DNA of 64,000 bases from an uncultured Syntrophaceae bacterium (GTDB lineage Bacteria; Desulfobacterota; SM23-61). The DNA is taken from assembly GCA_964484485.1 (NCBI GenBank), contig CAZAGD010000043.1, positions 5,660 through 69,659 on the forward strand, in the 5' to 3' direction. Numbering within the stretch: position 1 is the stretch's first letter; every line of letters starts with the position of its first letter. Positions 1 through 9,086 of this stretch are shown here, in pieces. The translations under genes and the position numbers were made by a program. The notes beneath the pieces are model-generated. The model saw nothing but the letters and a program-made list of their open reading frames with translations, was not told the origin of the DNA and did no database searches.

Positions 1-141
1 TCTACTGAAAATGGAAACACAATTTGGGTGGCCCAGGGATCCATGGAGGGTAAAAGAGGCGAAAAACCAGGAGACATCTTAAAGCAAATTGTGGCCTCTG
101 CTTTGAAAGACTTGCCTGAAATACCTGCCCCAAAACCTTAA
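1..141 (+). CDS. 3' end of a hypothetical protein (truncated by window start)
   Basis: Open frame 1 (STENGNTIWVAQGSMEGKRG...PAPKP*) ending at TAA 139-141; no recognisable motif. Confidence 0.5.
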   Translation, partial: STENGNTIWVAQGSMEGKRGEKPGDILKQIVASALKDLPEIPAPKP

Positions 142-231
142 TTTAGTTTTCAATTCAGTCTTCAAGAATTACTTGGTTTTCCTCATTTAAAATCAGAGTA
201 GCCAAATAATTTAAAGCAAAAATAGAAAAAT

Positions 232-344
232 CTGACCGTCGATCAGTTTTTAAATTTCAATTTAATTCAGGCGGGAGGGAGAGACGCTCCCCCCTCCCGC
301 CTGTTTCCTGCTGGCGATAAATATTAAAACTTTTAGACGGTCAG
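232..344 (-). mobile_element. MITE family A, copy 1 (113 bp, internally deleted)
   Basis: Ends CTGACCGTCGATCAG...TTTTAGACGGTCAG; flanks TAGAAAAAT / TGGAAAAAT (9-bp duplication, 1 mismatch); internal GC hairpin at 268-303. Confidence 0.85.
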
Positions 345-596
345 TGGAAAAATATCTTGATCTGCCCAAAGAAAAATTAGATAATTAGTCCCAAAAGTTT
401 CCTCATTTTGCTCTACCAGATTTTTTAAATCCATAAGGTTTTAGGAGGGGAATAGCATTCTATTTATTCGTTTCTGCCGGGGAATGGTTTTTCGATTATT
501 GAAAAAAGATCGTTTATTTAGAGATCTCTCAATAAAAATAAATGAAATAGAAATTTAAGAGGCAGTAGAAAGCCAATTAAAAAGAGGAGGGGGAAA

Positions 597-1634
597 ATGA
601 AAAGAAACTTTTTAACGTTTATTTTAATTAGTTTTGTTTCTTTGTTCATGTTGGCAAATCATTGCTTTGCTCAAGAAGCCAAAAGAAAAGTAATTCGGTG
701 GGGGAGTTCTAGGGCCGGAAGCGCAGGGTACGTTGTTCTTTTTGGAGTGGCCAAGATAGTAAATGATCGAGCGCCAGAGCTCTACATCGAAGCAGTACCC
801 ACTGGTGGTTCCATTGCCTCGCAGAGAATGATGGGTAAAGGGGAATTAGATGGGGCCTATAGCGGCACTTGGAATTTATTAGACATGTATTTAAATCGGG
901 GGCCTTATGAAAAATCACCATATCCCCCCCAGGCCATCAAGCCATACCAGACCTGGTATACTTATCAAACCCAACAATTCGTGGCTACCAAAAGTGATAG
1001 AGCAGACATTAAAAGCTGGCGTGATTTAGCTGGAAAGAAAGTCTGTATTCCTTTCCCTGGGACAGCAGTTTTTGAAGTGCCCAAAGCAGCTTTTACCGCT
1101 ATGGGTATTTGGGATAAAATGAAAGTGGTCGATTTAGCTCTTTCGGGAATTCCCGATGCCTTAAATATGGGAACAATCGATGCTGTGGTTAGCTATGCAA
1201 ATGGGGGGGTTTTAGTCCCTTGGATGGCCGAGGTTGATTCGCGTTGCAAAATAAAAGTTGTCAACCCTACTCCCGCAGATGAAGAGATAGTTAAAAAGGT
1301 TTCCGGATACGTAACTGGCCTCTTAGATGCTAAAAAGGTTTTTTCTCAAGACGTGGGGGTTACCCAGGTTTTCACTATTTGCGACTATTATGGCTTCCAC
1401 ATTGGTAAAAATCTTTCTAAGGAACATGGATACAAATTATTTAAAATTCTAATTGAAAATGCCCAGGAAATAGAAAAAGTCCACGCCATGATGAAAGAGT
1501 ATGCACATGATCCTTTAGGGATGCAAGTAAAAGCTATAGGGAGCATACCTAAAATCCCCGTGCATCCTGGAGTCGCTAAATACTTAAAAGAGAAGGGATT
1601 ATGGCAAAAAGAGTGGATTGTGGGGGCCGAGTAA
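597..1634 (+). CDS. TAXI-family TRAP transporter solute-binding protein
   Basis: Signal peptide; GSSRAGSAGY, TGGS, and PVHPGVAKYLKE motifs typical of TAXI receptors; next to a fused permease; SD GGAGGGG. Confidence 0.88.
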   Translation: MKRNFLTFILISFVSLFMLANHCFAQEAKRKVIRWGSSRAGSAGYVVLFGVAKIVNDRAPELYIEAVPTGGSIASQRMMGKGELDGAYSGTWNLLDMYLNRGPYEKSPYPPQAIKPYQTWYTYQTQQFVATKSDRADIKSWRDLAGKKVCIPFPGTAVFEVPKAAFTAMGIWDKMKVVDLALSGIPDALNMGTIDAVVSYANGGVLVPWMAEVDSRCKIKVVNPTPADEEIVKKVSGYVTGLLDAKKVFSQDVGVTQVFTICDYYGFHIGKNLSKEHGYKLFKILIENAQEIEKVHAMMKEYAHDPLGMQVKAIGSIPKIPVHPGVAKYLKEKGLWQKEWIVGAE

Positions 1635-1680
1635 TTTTTTACTTTGAGGATAAAGGAAAGGACAAATTATTAGGAAGGCA

Positions 1681-3612
1681 ATGAAATTCGTTAATTTGAG
1701 AAATATCTACCTTACATTAGTGATCCTTTACGTCTTGGGAATTATGGCCTTCGCCATATTAATGTTTGAACCTCGTGAAGAATTAATTTTGCTTTACCTT
1801 CCCTTTACCTACTCTTTGATTATATTGAACCCCGAGGGAAAGATATGGCGAAGGTTTACACAAAAGAGTTATAAATTTCTTCTCATCGGAGTTTGTTTGC
1901 TTATGGTCGCTACGGTGGTCTATTTTCGTTCTCAGTATAATTCCTTGTTATATGAAAGATTAGGTAATTATTCCCAGGCTGATTATTTCTTTAGCATCGG
2001 TCTTATTATTCTTGCCTTTTTATTGACTTGGGCTAATTATGGGGGAAGCATACCAATATTAGCTTTGATCGCTTTAAGTTACGCTCACTTTGGCCAATAT
2101 TTTCCGGGCTTCCTTTATCATAAAGGTATATCAATAGAAAGAATTATAGCCATATCAGCAACTGAATTTAATTCGGGCGATGGCGTTTTGGGGTCTCTTC
2201 CGCAAATTGGCATTACTTGGATTGCTATTTTCACCATCTTTGCCGGTTTGGCTTCTGGGTTTGGAATTTTGGAGTATATCATTAAGATTTCTTATAACAT
2301 TTTCAAAAAGTTTAAATATGGCGTTCCGCAAATAGCCGTCATCTGCAGCATGATTTTTGGCATGTTTTCAGGAAGTGGGGCAGCTAATGTAGCTGGGACT
2401 GGGTCCTTTACCATACCTTTAATGAAGCGTTACCGAATGCCTCCGGCCATTGCTGGTGCCATTGAGTCGGTGGCTTCATCGGGGGGACAAGTTATGCCCC
2501 CCATAATGGGTGCAGCAGCATTCGTTATGGCAAGTTATTTAGGAAAATACTACTGGCAAATTGTGGTCGTAGGATTTTTGCCGGCCTTTATTTTTTACGC
2601 CTGTGTAGCTTTGGCTGTTTATATTTATTCTCGCCAATTTTTAGAAATACGCGCTGAAGTTGCTACCGAGGAATTAAGAATGTCCCAAATGTCTAAATGG
2701 GAAAAAATCCAAGGGCTACCTTTATTAGTGGCTATTTTAATGCTCATCATAATTATGAGTGTTTATTGGGTAGATGTTATGATTGCCGGGTTGGCCATGA
2801 TTCTTGCTTTTTTAATTACCTGGATTATCACTCAAGTTTTAGCTTCACCCAATAAGACAGAAATGATGCAGAGATTTCTCACCAATTTCCTAAGAGGAGC
2901 AAAAGAGGGAGCAGATACTACTGCCTCTATTACTACCATGATGGCTTGCATTGGGATTATTGTGGCTGTTTTAATTCAAACCGGACTTGCCCAAAAACTC
3001 TCTTTTACAATCGTGGATATCGCTGGGGGCAATAAAGTATTTTTAATCCTCTTAGCCTCGGGATTGTGCATTTTGTTTGGAATGGCTGTTAGTACCGTAG
3101 CTGCCTACATTTTGACTGTAACTCTCGTTGCCCCGGTTTTAGCAAATATGGGGGTCTCTCCCTTGATAACTCATTTTTCTGTTTTCTATTTTGCTATGAT
3201 GGGATTGATCACCCCTCCGGTTGCCCCTTGCTGCGCCGTTGCTTCAGGAATAGCTAAAGAAAGTTTTCTTAAGATATGTTGGTATTCCCTAAAAATAGGC
3301 GTTCCTTTGTTTATTCTTCCGTTGAGTTTCTTTTCTCAAGAAGCCATCATTATGCATGGCCCCAAAACCATTTCAGCTTTTTTTACAGTAGCAATTGCCA
3401 TGGCCGCAATAGTTTTAGGTATTAACCTTGGTTATTCAGGATTAAAATCTGTGGGCAAACGAATAATTTATCTGGGAACAGGTTTGTTTACTCTCTTTTA
3501 TGCCAAATATCATTGGCTATTCTTCGGTATGGCTTTATGTGCTTTATTTATTTTTGTAGAAATTTATTGGCTATATAAAGGAAAATATGATTATATCAAA
3601 AAAATGGTATAG
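1681..3612 (+). CDS. TRAP transporter fused 4TM/12TM permease (TAXI type)
   Basis: Highly hydrophobic; GSGAANVAGTGSFTIP, ASSGGQVMPPIMGAAAF and ITPPVA motifs. Confidence 0.92.
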   Translation: MKFVNLRNIYLTLVILYVLGIMAFAILMFEPREELILLYLPFTYSLIILNPEGKIWRRFTQKSYKFLLIGVCLLMVATVVYFRSQYNSLLYERLGNYSQADYFFSIGLIILAFLLTWANYGGSIPILALIALSYAHFGQYFPGFLYHKGISIERIIAISATEFNSGDGVLGSLPQIGITWIAIFTIFAGLASGFGILEYIIKISYNIFKKFKYGVPQIAVICSMIFGMFSGSGAANVAGTGSFTIPLMKRYRMPPAIAGAIESVASSGGQVMPPIMGAAAFVMASYLGKYYWQIVVVGFLPAFIFYACVALAVYIYSRQFLEIRAEVATEELRMSQMSKWEKIQGLPLLVAILMLIIIMSVYWVDVMIAGLAMILAFLITWIITQVLASPNKTEMMQRFLTNFLRGAKEGADTTASITTMMACIGIIVAVLIQTGLAQKLSFTIVDIAGGNKVFLILLASGLCILFGMAVSTVAAYILTVTLVAPVLANMGVSPLITHFSVFYFAMMGLITPPVAPCCAVASGIAKESFLKICWYSLKIGVPLFILPLSFFSQEAIIMHGPKTISAFFTVAIAMAAIVLGINLGYSGLKSVGKRIIYLGTGLFTLFYAKYHWLFFGMALCALFIFVEIYWLYKGKYDYIKKMV

Positions 3613-3958
3613 TCATTTATTCAATAATAATCAAAATAAAGAGCTCACGTTTGTCTGGCCTTAGCAGAGAAATAAACACCAAGTTAGGTAAAAAATAGGA
3701 GTCTTGAATATATCGTCAATTAGACTTTTCCCCCAAATTTCCTAATATATGATGTACCATTACCAATTTTAGTCAAAGTAGTCCCTTCAAATTTTGATGA
3801 TAGCCCAGTTTCTTTGCTTTCCTTGCTGAGTGAAATCATAAAGAAGCGGTAGAAGACTAGACCAGGCTATTCTAAAAAACTTGACATTTTTAACCTAAAC
3901 TTGTAATTATCATCAATAAAAAATGCGAAATAAGAACATTTGATCCGGAGGTAAAATT

Positions 3959-4741
3959 ATGGAAAAGCAGTATGTACGGTGTGAAATTGCCGAAGGAATT
4001 GCCTTGGTAACGATTGATAACCAGGCTGCTTTGAATGCTCTAAATAAGCCAACTCTTGACCAGTTGGATAAGATCTTTGATGACTTGGCCAAGAATGAAG
4101 AAGTGCAAGGGGTGATTATTACGGGAGCCGGAGAAAAATCTTTCGTCGCCGGAGCTGATATTTCGGAATTTACCCAAATTAAAGGATCAGAAGCGGCCGC
4201 TTTTATGGCTCGGGGCCAAAGAATCTTCGATAAAATTGAAGCTTTTGACCGCCCGGTAATTGCGGCCGTAAATGGATTTGCCTTGGGGGGAGGGAATGAA
4301 CTGGCTATGTGTTGTGATATTCGCATAGCTGCTGAAAATGCCGTATTTGGACAACCAGAAGTGAACTTAGGTATCATTCCTGGCTATGGCGGAACACAAC
4401 GTTTACCCCGCCTTATTGGCCCAGGAAAGGCTAAAGAAATCATTTTCGCTGATGAAAGATTAAGTGCGCAGGAAGCCTGGCGGGTCGGCTTAGTAGAGCG
4501 AGTCGTGCCCAAAGGGCAAGCGGTGGAAGAAGCGAAAAAACTACTCAAAAAAATTATGGCCAAAGGGCCGGTAGCTATTAAAATGGCCAAGAAAGCGATT
4601 AATGAGGGATTGAAAAAATCGCTGCGCGAAGGGTTGGATCTCGAGGCCGAATGTCAAGCTGTCTGTTTTAGCACCGAGGATAAGGATGAAGGAGCGCGGG
4701 CTTTCTTAGAAAAACGCCCCGCACAATTTAAAGGGAAATGA
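3959..4741 (+). CDS. crt: Enoyl-CoA hydratase / crotonase
   Basis: FVAGADI, AAVNGFALGGGNELAMCCD, PEVNLGIIPGYGGTQRL; both catalytic Glu present; upstream of hbd. Confidence 0.9.
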   Translation: MEKQYVRCEIAEGIALVTIDNQAALNALNKPTLDQLDKIFDDLAKNEEVQGVIITGAGEKSFVAGADISEFTQIKGSEAAAFMARGQRIFDKIEAFDRPVIAAVNGFALGGGNELAMCCDIRIAAENAVFGQPEVNLGIIPGYGGTQRLPRLIGPGKAKEIIFADERLSAQEAWRVGLVERVVPKGQAVEEAKKLLKKIMAKGPVAIKMAKKAINEGLKKSLREGLDLEAECQAVCFSTEDKDEGARAFLEKRPAQFKGK

Positions 4742-4828
4742 TTTTTCCATAAAAAGCGAATTCACTAAATAAGGGGTGAAGAGAAAAGCGCTTAGCGCCT
4801 GGCTAATACTTTGGGAAAGGAGAATAGT

Positions 4829-5686
4829 ATGGAAGTAAAGAAGATATGTGTATTAGGGGCTGGTTTAATGGGGGCAGGTATAGCTCAAGTAGCCGCAGAG
4901 ACTGGTTTTCAGGTCTCTATGCGGGATATAGAAGATCGCTTCGTCCAGAATGGTTTGGCCAACATTCGCAAGAATTTAGATCGGGCAGTAAGCAAAGGGA
5001 AGATGACAAAAGAACAAGCGGAAGAGATACTATCTCGCCTTAAAGGTACGGTTGATTTGGCGGCGGCGGTAAAAGATGTGCAAGTGGTGATCGAAGCAGT
5101 AGTGGAGAATATGGAGCTTAAGAAACAAGTGTATAAAGAACTAGATCAGCTTTGTGCGCCAGAAGTAATTTTAGCTTCTAATACTTCTGGTCTTTCAATT
5201 ACAGAGATTGCTTCCGTGACTAAGCGGCCGGCCCAAGTAATCGGCATGCACTTTTTTAACCCTGTGCCCGTTATGAAATTGGTCGAGATAATTAAAGGGC
5301 AGGCCACTTCTGAAGAAACTTATCAGCTTATTAAGTCTTTAGCGGAAAAGATGGGCAAAGAACCGATTACGGTTAATGAATCTCCAGGTTTTGCAGTTAA
5401 CCGTATTTTAGTGCCCATGATCAATGAGGCCATTTTTGTCTTGCAGGAAGGGGTAGCTTCGGCGGAAGATATTGATAAAGGAATGATGCTGGGAGCCAAT
5501 CATCCCATAGGTCCTTTAGCTTTAGCTGATTTAGTCGGCTTAGATACGCTTTTGATGGTCCAGGAGAATCTTTATAAGGAATTGGGTGATTCTAAGTATA
5601 GGCCCTGTCCTCTCCTGCGTAAAATGGTGCGGGCTGGCCACTTGGGCCGAAAGACCGGCAAGGGCTTTTATGAATATACCAAATGA
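4829..5686 (+). CDS. hbd: 3-hydroxybutyryl-CoA dehydrogenase
   Basis: GAGLMGAG Rossmann motif, [28 protein letters not shown]. Start moved to ATG 4829 because of SD AGGAG at 4818-4822. Confidence 0.92.
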   Translation: MEVKKICVLGAGLMGAGIAQVAAETGFQVSMRDIEDRFVQNGLANIRKNLDRAVSKGKMTKEQAEEILSRLKGTVDLAAAVKDVQVVIEAVVENMELKKQVYKELDQLCAPEVILASNTSGLSITEIASVTKRPAQVIGMHFFNPVPVMKLVEIIKGQATSEETYQLIKSLAEKMGKEPITVNESPGFAVNRILVPMINEAIFVLQEGVASAEDIDKGMMLGANHPIGPLALADLVGLDTLLMVQENLYKELGDSKYRPCPLLRKMVRAGHLGRKTGKGFYEYTK

Positions 5687-5689
5687 TTT

Positions 5690-6025
5690 TTGATGGCGAG
5701 CACTGAAGAATTCCTGGTCCAAAAAGCTATCGGGGAAATTGAAAGATGGCTAATAGAGGAGGGAAACTTTGCTCCTTCTCGAATAGCCATTAAATTTTGT
5801 GGTGGTTGTAATCCTACTTATGAACGTGGTGATGTTGCTCAAATAATCAAGGAAAGCATACCAAACGTAAGGTGGGTTTCCGCAGATGCCGAAGCTGATC
5901 TGTTAATAATTATAAATGGGTGCAATTGCAGTTGCGCCCAAAGGCCAGAAATTGAAGAAAAAGGGCGCTTTTGCTTAGCCATAAGAGGAGATGGCGTTTC
6001 GAAAATTTACCGATCGAAGAGTTAA
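5690..6025 (+). CDS. Small Cys-rich hypothetical protein
   Basis: 111 aa, tightly packed between hbd and the mutase; KFCGGCNP and NGCNCSCA motifs. Confidence 0.7.
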   Translation: MMASTEEFLVQKAIGEIERWLIEEGNFAPSRIAIKFCGGCNPTYERGDVAQIIKESIPNVRWVSADAEADLLIIINGCNCSCAQRPEIEEKGRFCLAIRGDGVSKIYRSKS

Positions 6026-6061
6026 ACTATCTCCTTAGCACAACCTTGCAGGGAGGCGTCT

Positions 6062-7738
6062 ATGGAGCGAGATTATTTGTTAGAATTGGAGCGGGCTCGT
6101 CAGGCCTGGGAGAAAGAGTGTTATCCTTCTGGGGCAGGAGATCAAGGGGAACGTTTGCCGCGTTTCTCCACTATTTCAGATTTAGAGATAAAGGCTCTTT
6201 ATACTCCGCAGGATACTTCTAATTTAGATTATTTACGCGACCTGAGCTTTCCGGGACAATATCCTTTTACGCGAGGAATTCAGCCTTCTATGTATCGGGG
6301 ACGTTTATGGACGATGCGCATGTTTTCGGGGTTTGGCAGTGCTGAGGATACTAACCGCCGTTACAAATATCTTTTATCTCAGGGACAGACGGGACTTTCT
6401 GTTGCTTTTCATTACCCCACTTTGATGGGCTATGATTCAGATAGCCCCATGGCTCGAGGAGAAATAGGCAGATGCGGCGTAGCCATAGATACTTTAAAAG
6501 ATATGGAGATTCTTTTTGACGGTATTCCTTTAGATAAAGTGACTACTTCCATGACCATAAACCCTCCCGCGGCTATTCTTTTAGCCATGTACATTGCCGT
6601 AGCGGAAAAACAAGGGGTAAGCAAGAAAGATATTGGTGGGACAATTCAGAACGACATGCTCAAAGAGTTTATTGCCCAGAAGACCTTTATGCTGCCCCCC
6701 CGGCCTTCATTACGGATTATCGTGGATACTGTAGAATATTGTACGAAAGAAGTTCCCCGGTGGAACACCATCAGCATTAGCGGCTATCATATTCGTGAGG
6801 CAGGGTCCACAGCCGTGCAGGAGTTGGCTTTTACTTTGGCTGATGGCATTTGTTACGTGGAAGCGTGCTTAGAAAGAGGGATGCAGGTCGATGACTTTGC
6901 TCCCCGCTTATCTTTCTTTTTTAATTCCCATATTGATTTTTTTGAAGAGATTGCCAAATTTCGGGCCGCCCGGCGCCTTTGGGCGCGTATAATGAAGGAA
7001 CGTTTTCAAGCAAAGAATCCCCGTTCTTGGATGCTGCGCTTCCATACCCAGACGGCCGGTTGTTCTTTGACTGCCCAACAGCCTTATAATAATATTGTGC
7101 GCACCACCATTGAGGCGTTGGCCGCTGTCTTAGGGGGAACGCAATCTTTGCATACTAACTCTTTAGATGAAGTTTATGCTGTGCCCACAGAAGAGGCGGC
7201 TACTATTGCCTTGCGGACGCAGCAGATCATAGCTGAAGAGACAGGGGTAGCTAATACCATCGATCCTTTAGGGGGCTCTTACTTCGTGGAAGCCCTGACT
7301 AATAAAATGGAAGAGGAAGCTTGGAAGTATATTCAGAAGATAGATGAACTCGGCGGCATGATTAAGGCCATTGAACTTGGCTACCCCCAGCAAGAGATTG
7401 CCAATGCTGCTTATACTTATCAAAAGCAGTTGGAGAGGAAAGAAAAGATTGTCGTTGGGGTTAATAAGTATCAGATGATTGAGGAACAGCCCATTGAATA
7501 TCTAAAAATTGATCCGGAGGTGGAAAAGCGGCAGTTAAATAGATTGCAAGAAGTTAGGCGGACGCGCCATAATACTAAAGTAAAAACTTGTCTTAATGAT
7601 TTGCGGCAAGCTGCGCAAGGGGCCGAGAATTTGATGCCTTATATATTGGCGGCAGTAAAGGAATACGCCACTTTGCAAGAAATCTGTGATGTATTCAGGG
7701 AAGTTTTTGGAGTTTATCGTGATCCGGGAATGTTCTAA
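6062..7738 (+). CDS. Acyl-CoA mutase large (substrate-binding) subunit, isobutyryl-CoA-mutase-like
   Basis: [50 protein letters not shown]; no B12 domain; F88/Q206 at the MCM Y89/R207 positions. Confidence 0.9.
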   Translation: MERDYLLELERARQAWEKECYPSGAGDQGERLPRFSTISDLEIKALYTPQDTSNLDYLRDLSFPGQYPFTRGIQPSMYRGRLWTMRMFSGFGSAEDTNRRYKYLLSQGQTGLSVAFHYPTLMGYDSDSPMARGEIGRCGVAIDTLKDMEILFDGIPLDKVTTSMTINPPAAILLAMYIAVAEKQGVSKKDIGGTIQNDMLKEFIAQKTFMLPPRPSLRIIVDTVEYCTKEVPRWNTISISGYHIREAGSTAVQELAFTLADGICYVEACLERGMQVDDFAPRLSFFFNSHIDFFEEIAKFRAARRLWARIMKERFQAKNPRSWMLRFHTQTAGCSLTAQQPYNNIVRTTIEALAAVLGGTQSLHTNSLDEVYAVPTEEAATIALRTQQIIAEETGVANTIDPLGGSYFVEALTNKMEEEAWKYIQKIDELGGMIKAIELGYPQQEIANAAYTYQKQLERKEKIVVGVNKYQMIEEQPIEYLKIDPEVEKRQLNRLQEVRRTRHNTKVKTCLNDLRQAAQGAENLMPYILAAVKEYATLQEICDVFREVFGVYRDPGMF

Positions 7739-7740
7739 AA

Positions 7741-7810
7741 TAACTGCCGAGAGCGCTGAGATAGCCGGGGTATCTTTTTCACCGCAGAGTATGGGAAGAA
7801 CGCCGAGAAG
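7741..7810 (+). repeat. Degenerate family E repeat (TTTCACCGCAGAG...AACGCCGAGAA)
   Basis: TTTTCACCGCAGAGTATGGGAAGAACGCCGAGAAG resembles the reverse complement of 54282-54315 (TTTCACCGCCAAGGGCGCCGAGGACGCAGAGAAA). Confidence 0.45.
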
Positions 7811-7934
7811 TTTAAAGTTTGTAAAATATCTAAGGCCAAGGCTACTATCCAAATACAAGAGGTGAAGCTATTATTTTTAATATCCTCGGTGATGTGGGCA
7901 TGCTCTGGGGTAAAAATATTTGAGGTAAACAAAG

Positions 7935-8336
7935 ATGGAAAGGAAGGTAAGGATTTTAATTGCCAAGCCCGGCTTAGATGGTCATGACCGCGGAGCTAAA
8001 GTAGTGGCCCGAGCTCTGCGCGATGGCGGGTTTGAAGTAGTTTATACTGGCCTGCACCAAACTCCGGAACAGATAGTTAATGCTGCTATTCAAGAAGATG
8101 TGGACGCCATCGGCATGAGTATTCTCTCTGGGGCGCATAATTATCTCTTTCCGCGCGTGTTAGAAATTTTGAAAGAAAACCAAGCCGAAGATATTAAAGT
8201 CTTTGGCGGCGGAATAATCCCCCCGGAAGATATTCCTTTTTTAAAAGAAAAGGGAGTAGCCGCCATTTTTACGCCCGGAACTTCCACAGAAGATATAATT
8301 AGCTGGGTTAAAGAAAATATAAAACCTAAAAATTGA
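7935..8336 (+). CDS. Acyl-CoA mutase small cobalamin-binding subunit
   Basis: [14 protein letters not shown] (DxHxxG base-off/His-on motif), SILSGAH, GGGIIP. Confidence 0.93.
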   Translation: MERKVRILIAKPGLDGHDRGAKVVARALRDGGFEVVYTGLHQTPEQIVNAAIQEDVDAIGMSILSGAHNYLFPRVLEILKENQAEDIKVFGGGIIPPEDIPFLKEKGVAAIFTPGTSTEDIISWVKENIKPKN

Positions 8337-8358
8337 TGAATTTTTGATTTGCCGAACT

Positions 8359-9078
8359 ATGATTACCGCATGGACACGCCACAGACTTAAACAAATTTTT
8401 TATTTTCTACTATTAATTTTTTGCTCGGTTAGCCTCCTGAGCAACTGTGCCTTGGGGCCGAAAAAAGATGTGCAGAAGTCACCTCAAGAAATGTACAATG
8501 AAGGCTTAAAATTATTAAATAAAAAGAAATACGAAAGAGCTGCGGAAGCATTTCAAAAATTAAAGGAAGAACATCCTTTGAGTTCTTATACCCCCTTAGC
8601 TGAGCTGCGTATTGCTGATGCCCTTTTCTTTAATAAAAGCTACGCTGAAGCAGTAAACCAGTATGAAGAATTTAGAAAGTTGCATCCTTTGCATCCGGAA
8701 GTGCCTTATGCTATTTACCAGATAGGCATGTGTTATTTTAAACAAATGCTTTCGGTAGATCGAGACCAGACGGCCACGGAAAAAGCCTTAGAACAATTTC
8801 GATACCTTATTGAAAATTTCCCGCAAAGCCCCCATACCCCTGCGGCGCGTGAGAAAGTCCAGGTTTGTCGGCGTCAACTCGCCGAGCATGAATATTATAT
8901 TGGTCACTTTTATTTTCGCATGAAAAAGTACCGCGCCGCCTTAGGCAGGTTTGAAAAAATATTGCAAACCTTTCCCGATTTAGGATATGAAGAAAAACTT
9001 AAACCACTAATCGCCAAATGCCAAGCAGAAATAGCTAAAATAGAAGAAAGGGAACAGAAAAAAGAGAAAAAGGGTTAA
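8359..9078 (+). CDS. bamD: Outer membrane protein assembly factor BamD
   Basis: Lipobox LLSNC; TPR pattern with HPLHPEVPYAIYQIGMCYF, DRDQTATEKA, LAEHEYYIGHFY, A...RF. Start uncertain (TTG 8344 or ATG 8359). Confidence 0.85.
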   Translation: MITAWTRHRLKQIFYFLLLIFCSVSLLSNCALGPKKDVQKSPQEMYNEGLKLLNKKKYERAAEAFQKLKEEHPLSSYTPLAELRIADALFFNKSYAEAVNQYEEFRKLHPLHPEVPYAIYQIGMCYFKQMLSVDRDQTATEKALEQFRYLIENFPQSPHTPAAREKVQVCRRQLAEHEYYIGHFYFRMKKYRAALGRFEKILQTFPDLGYEEKLKPLIAKCQAEIAKIEEREQKKEKKG

Positions 9079-9086
9079 AATCTTTT

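Noticed and set aside
5990-6061. Cobalamin riboswitch upstream of the mutase
   Set aside because: The spacer is only 36 bp and no conserved B12-box sequence was seen here or upstream of crt.
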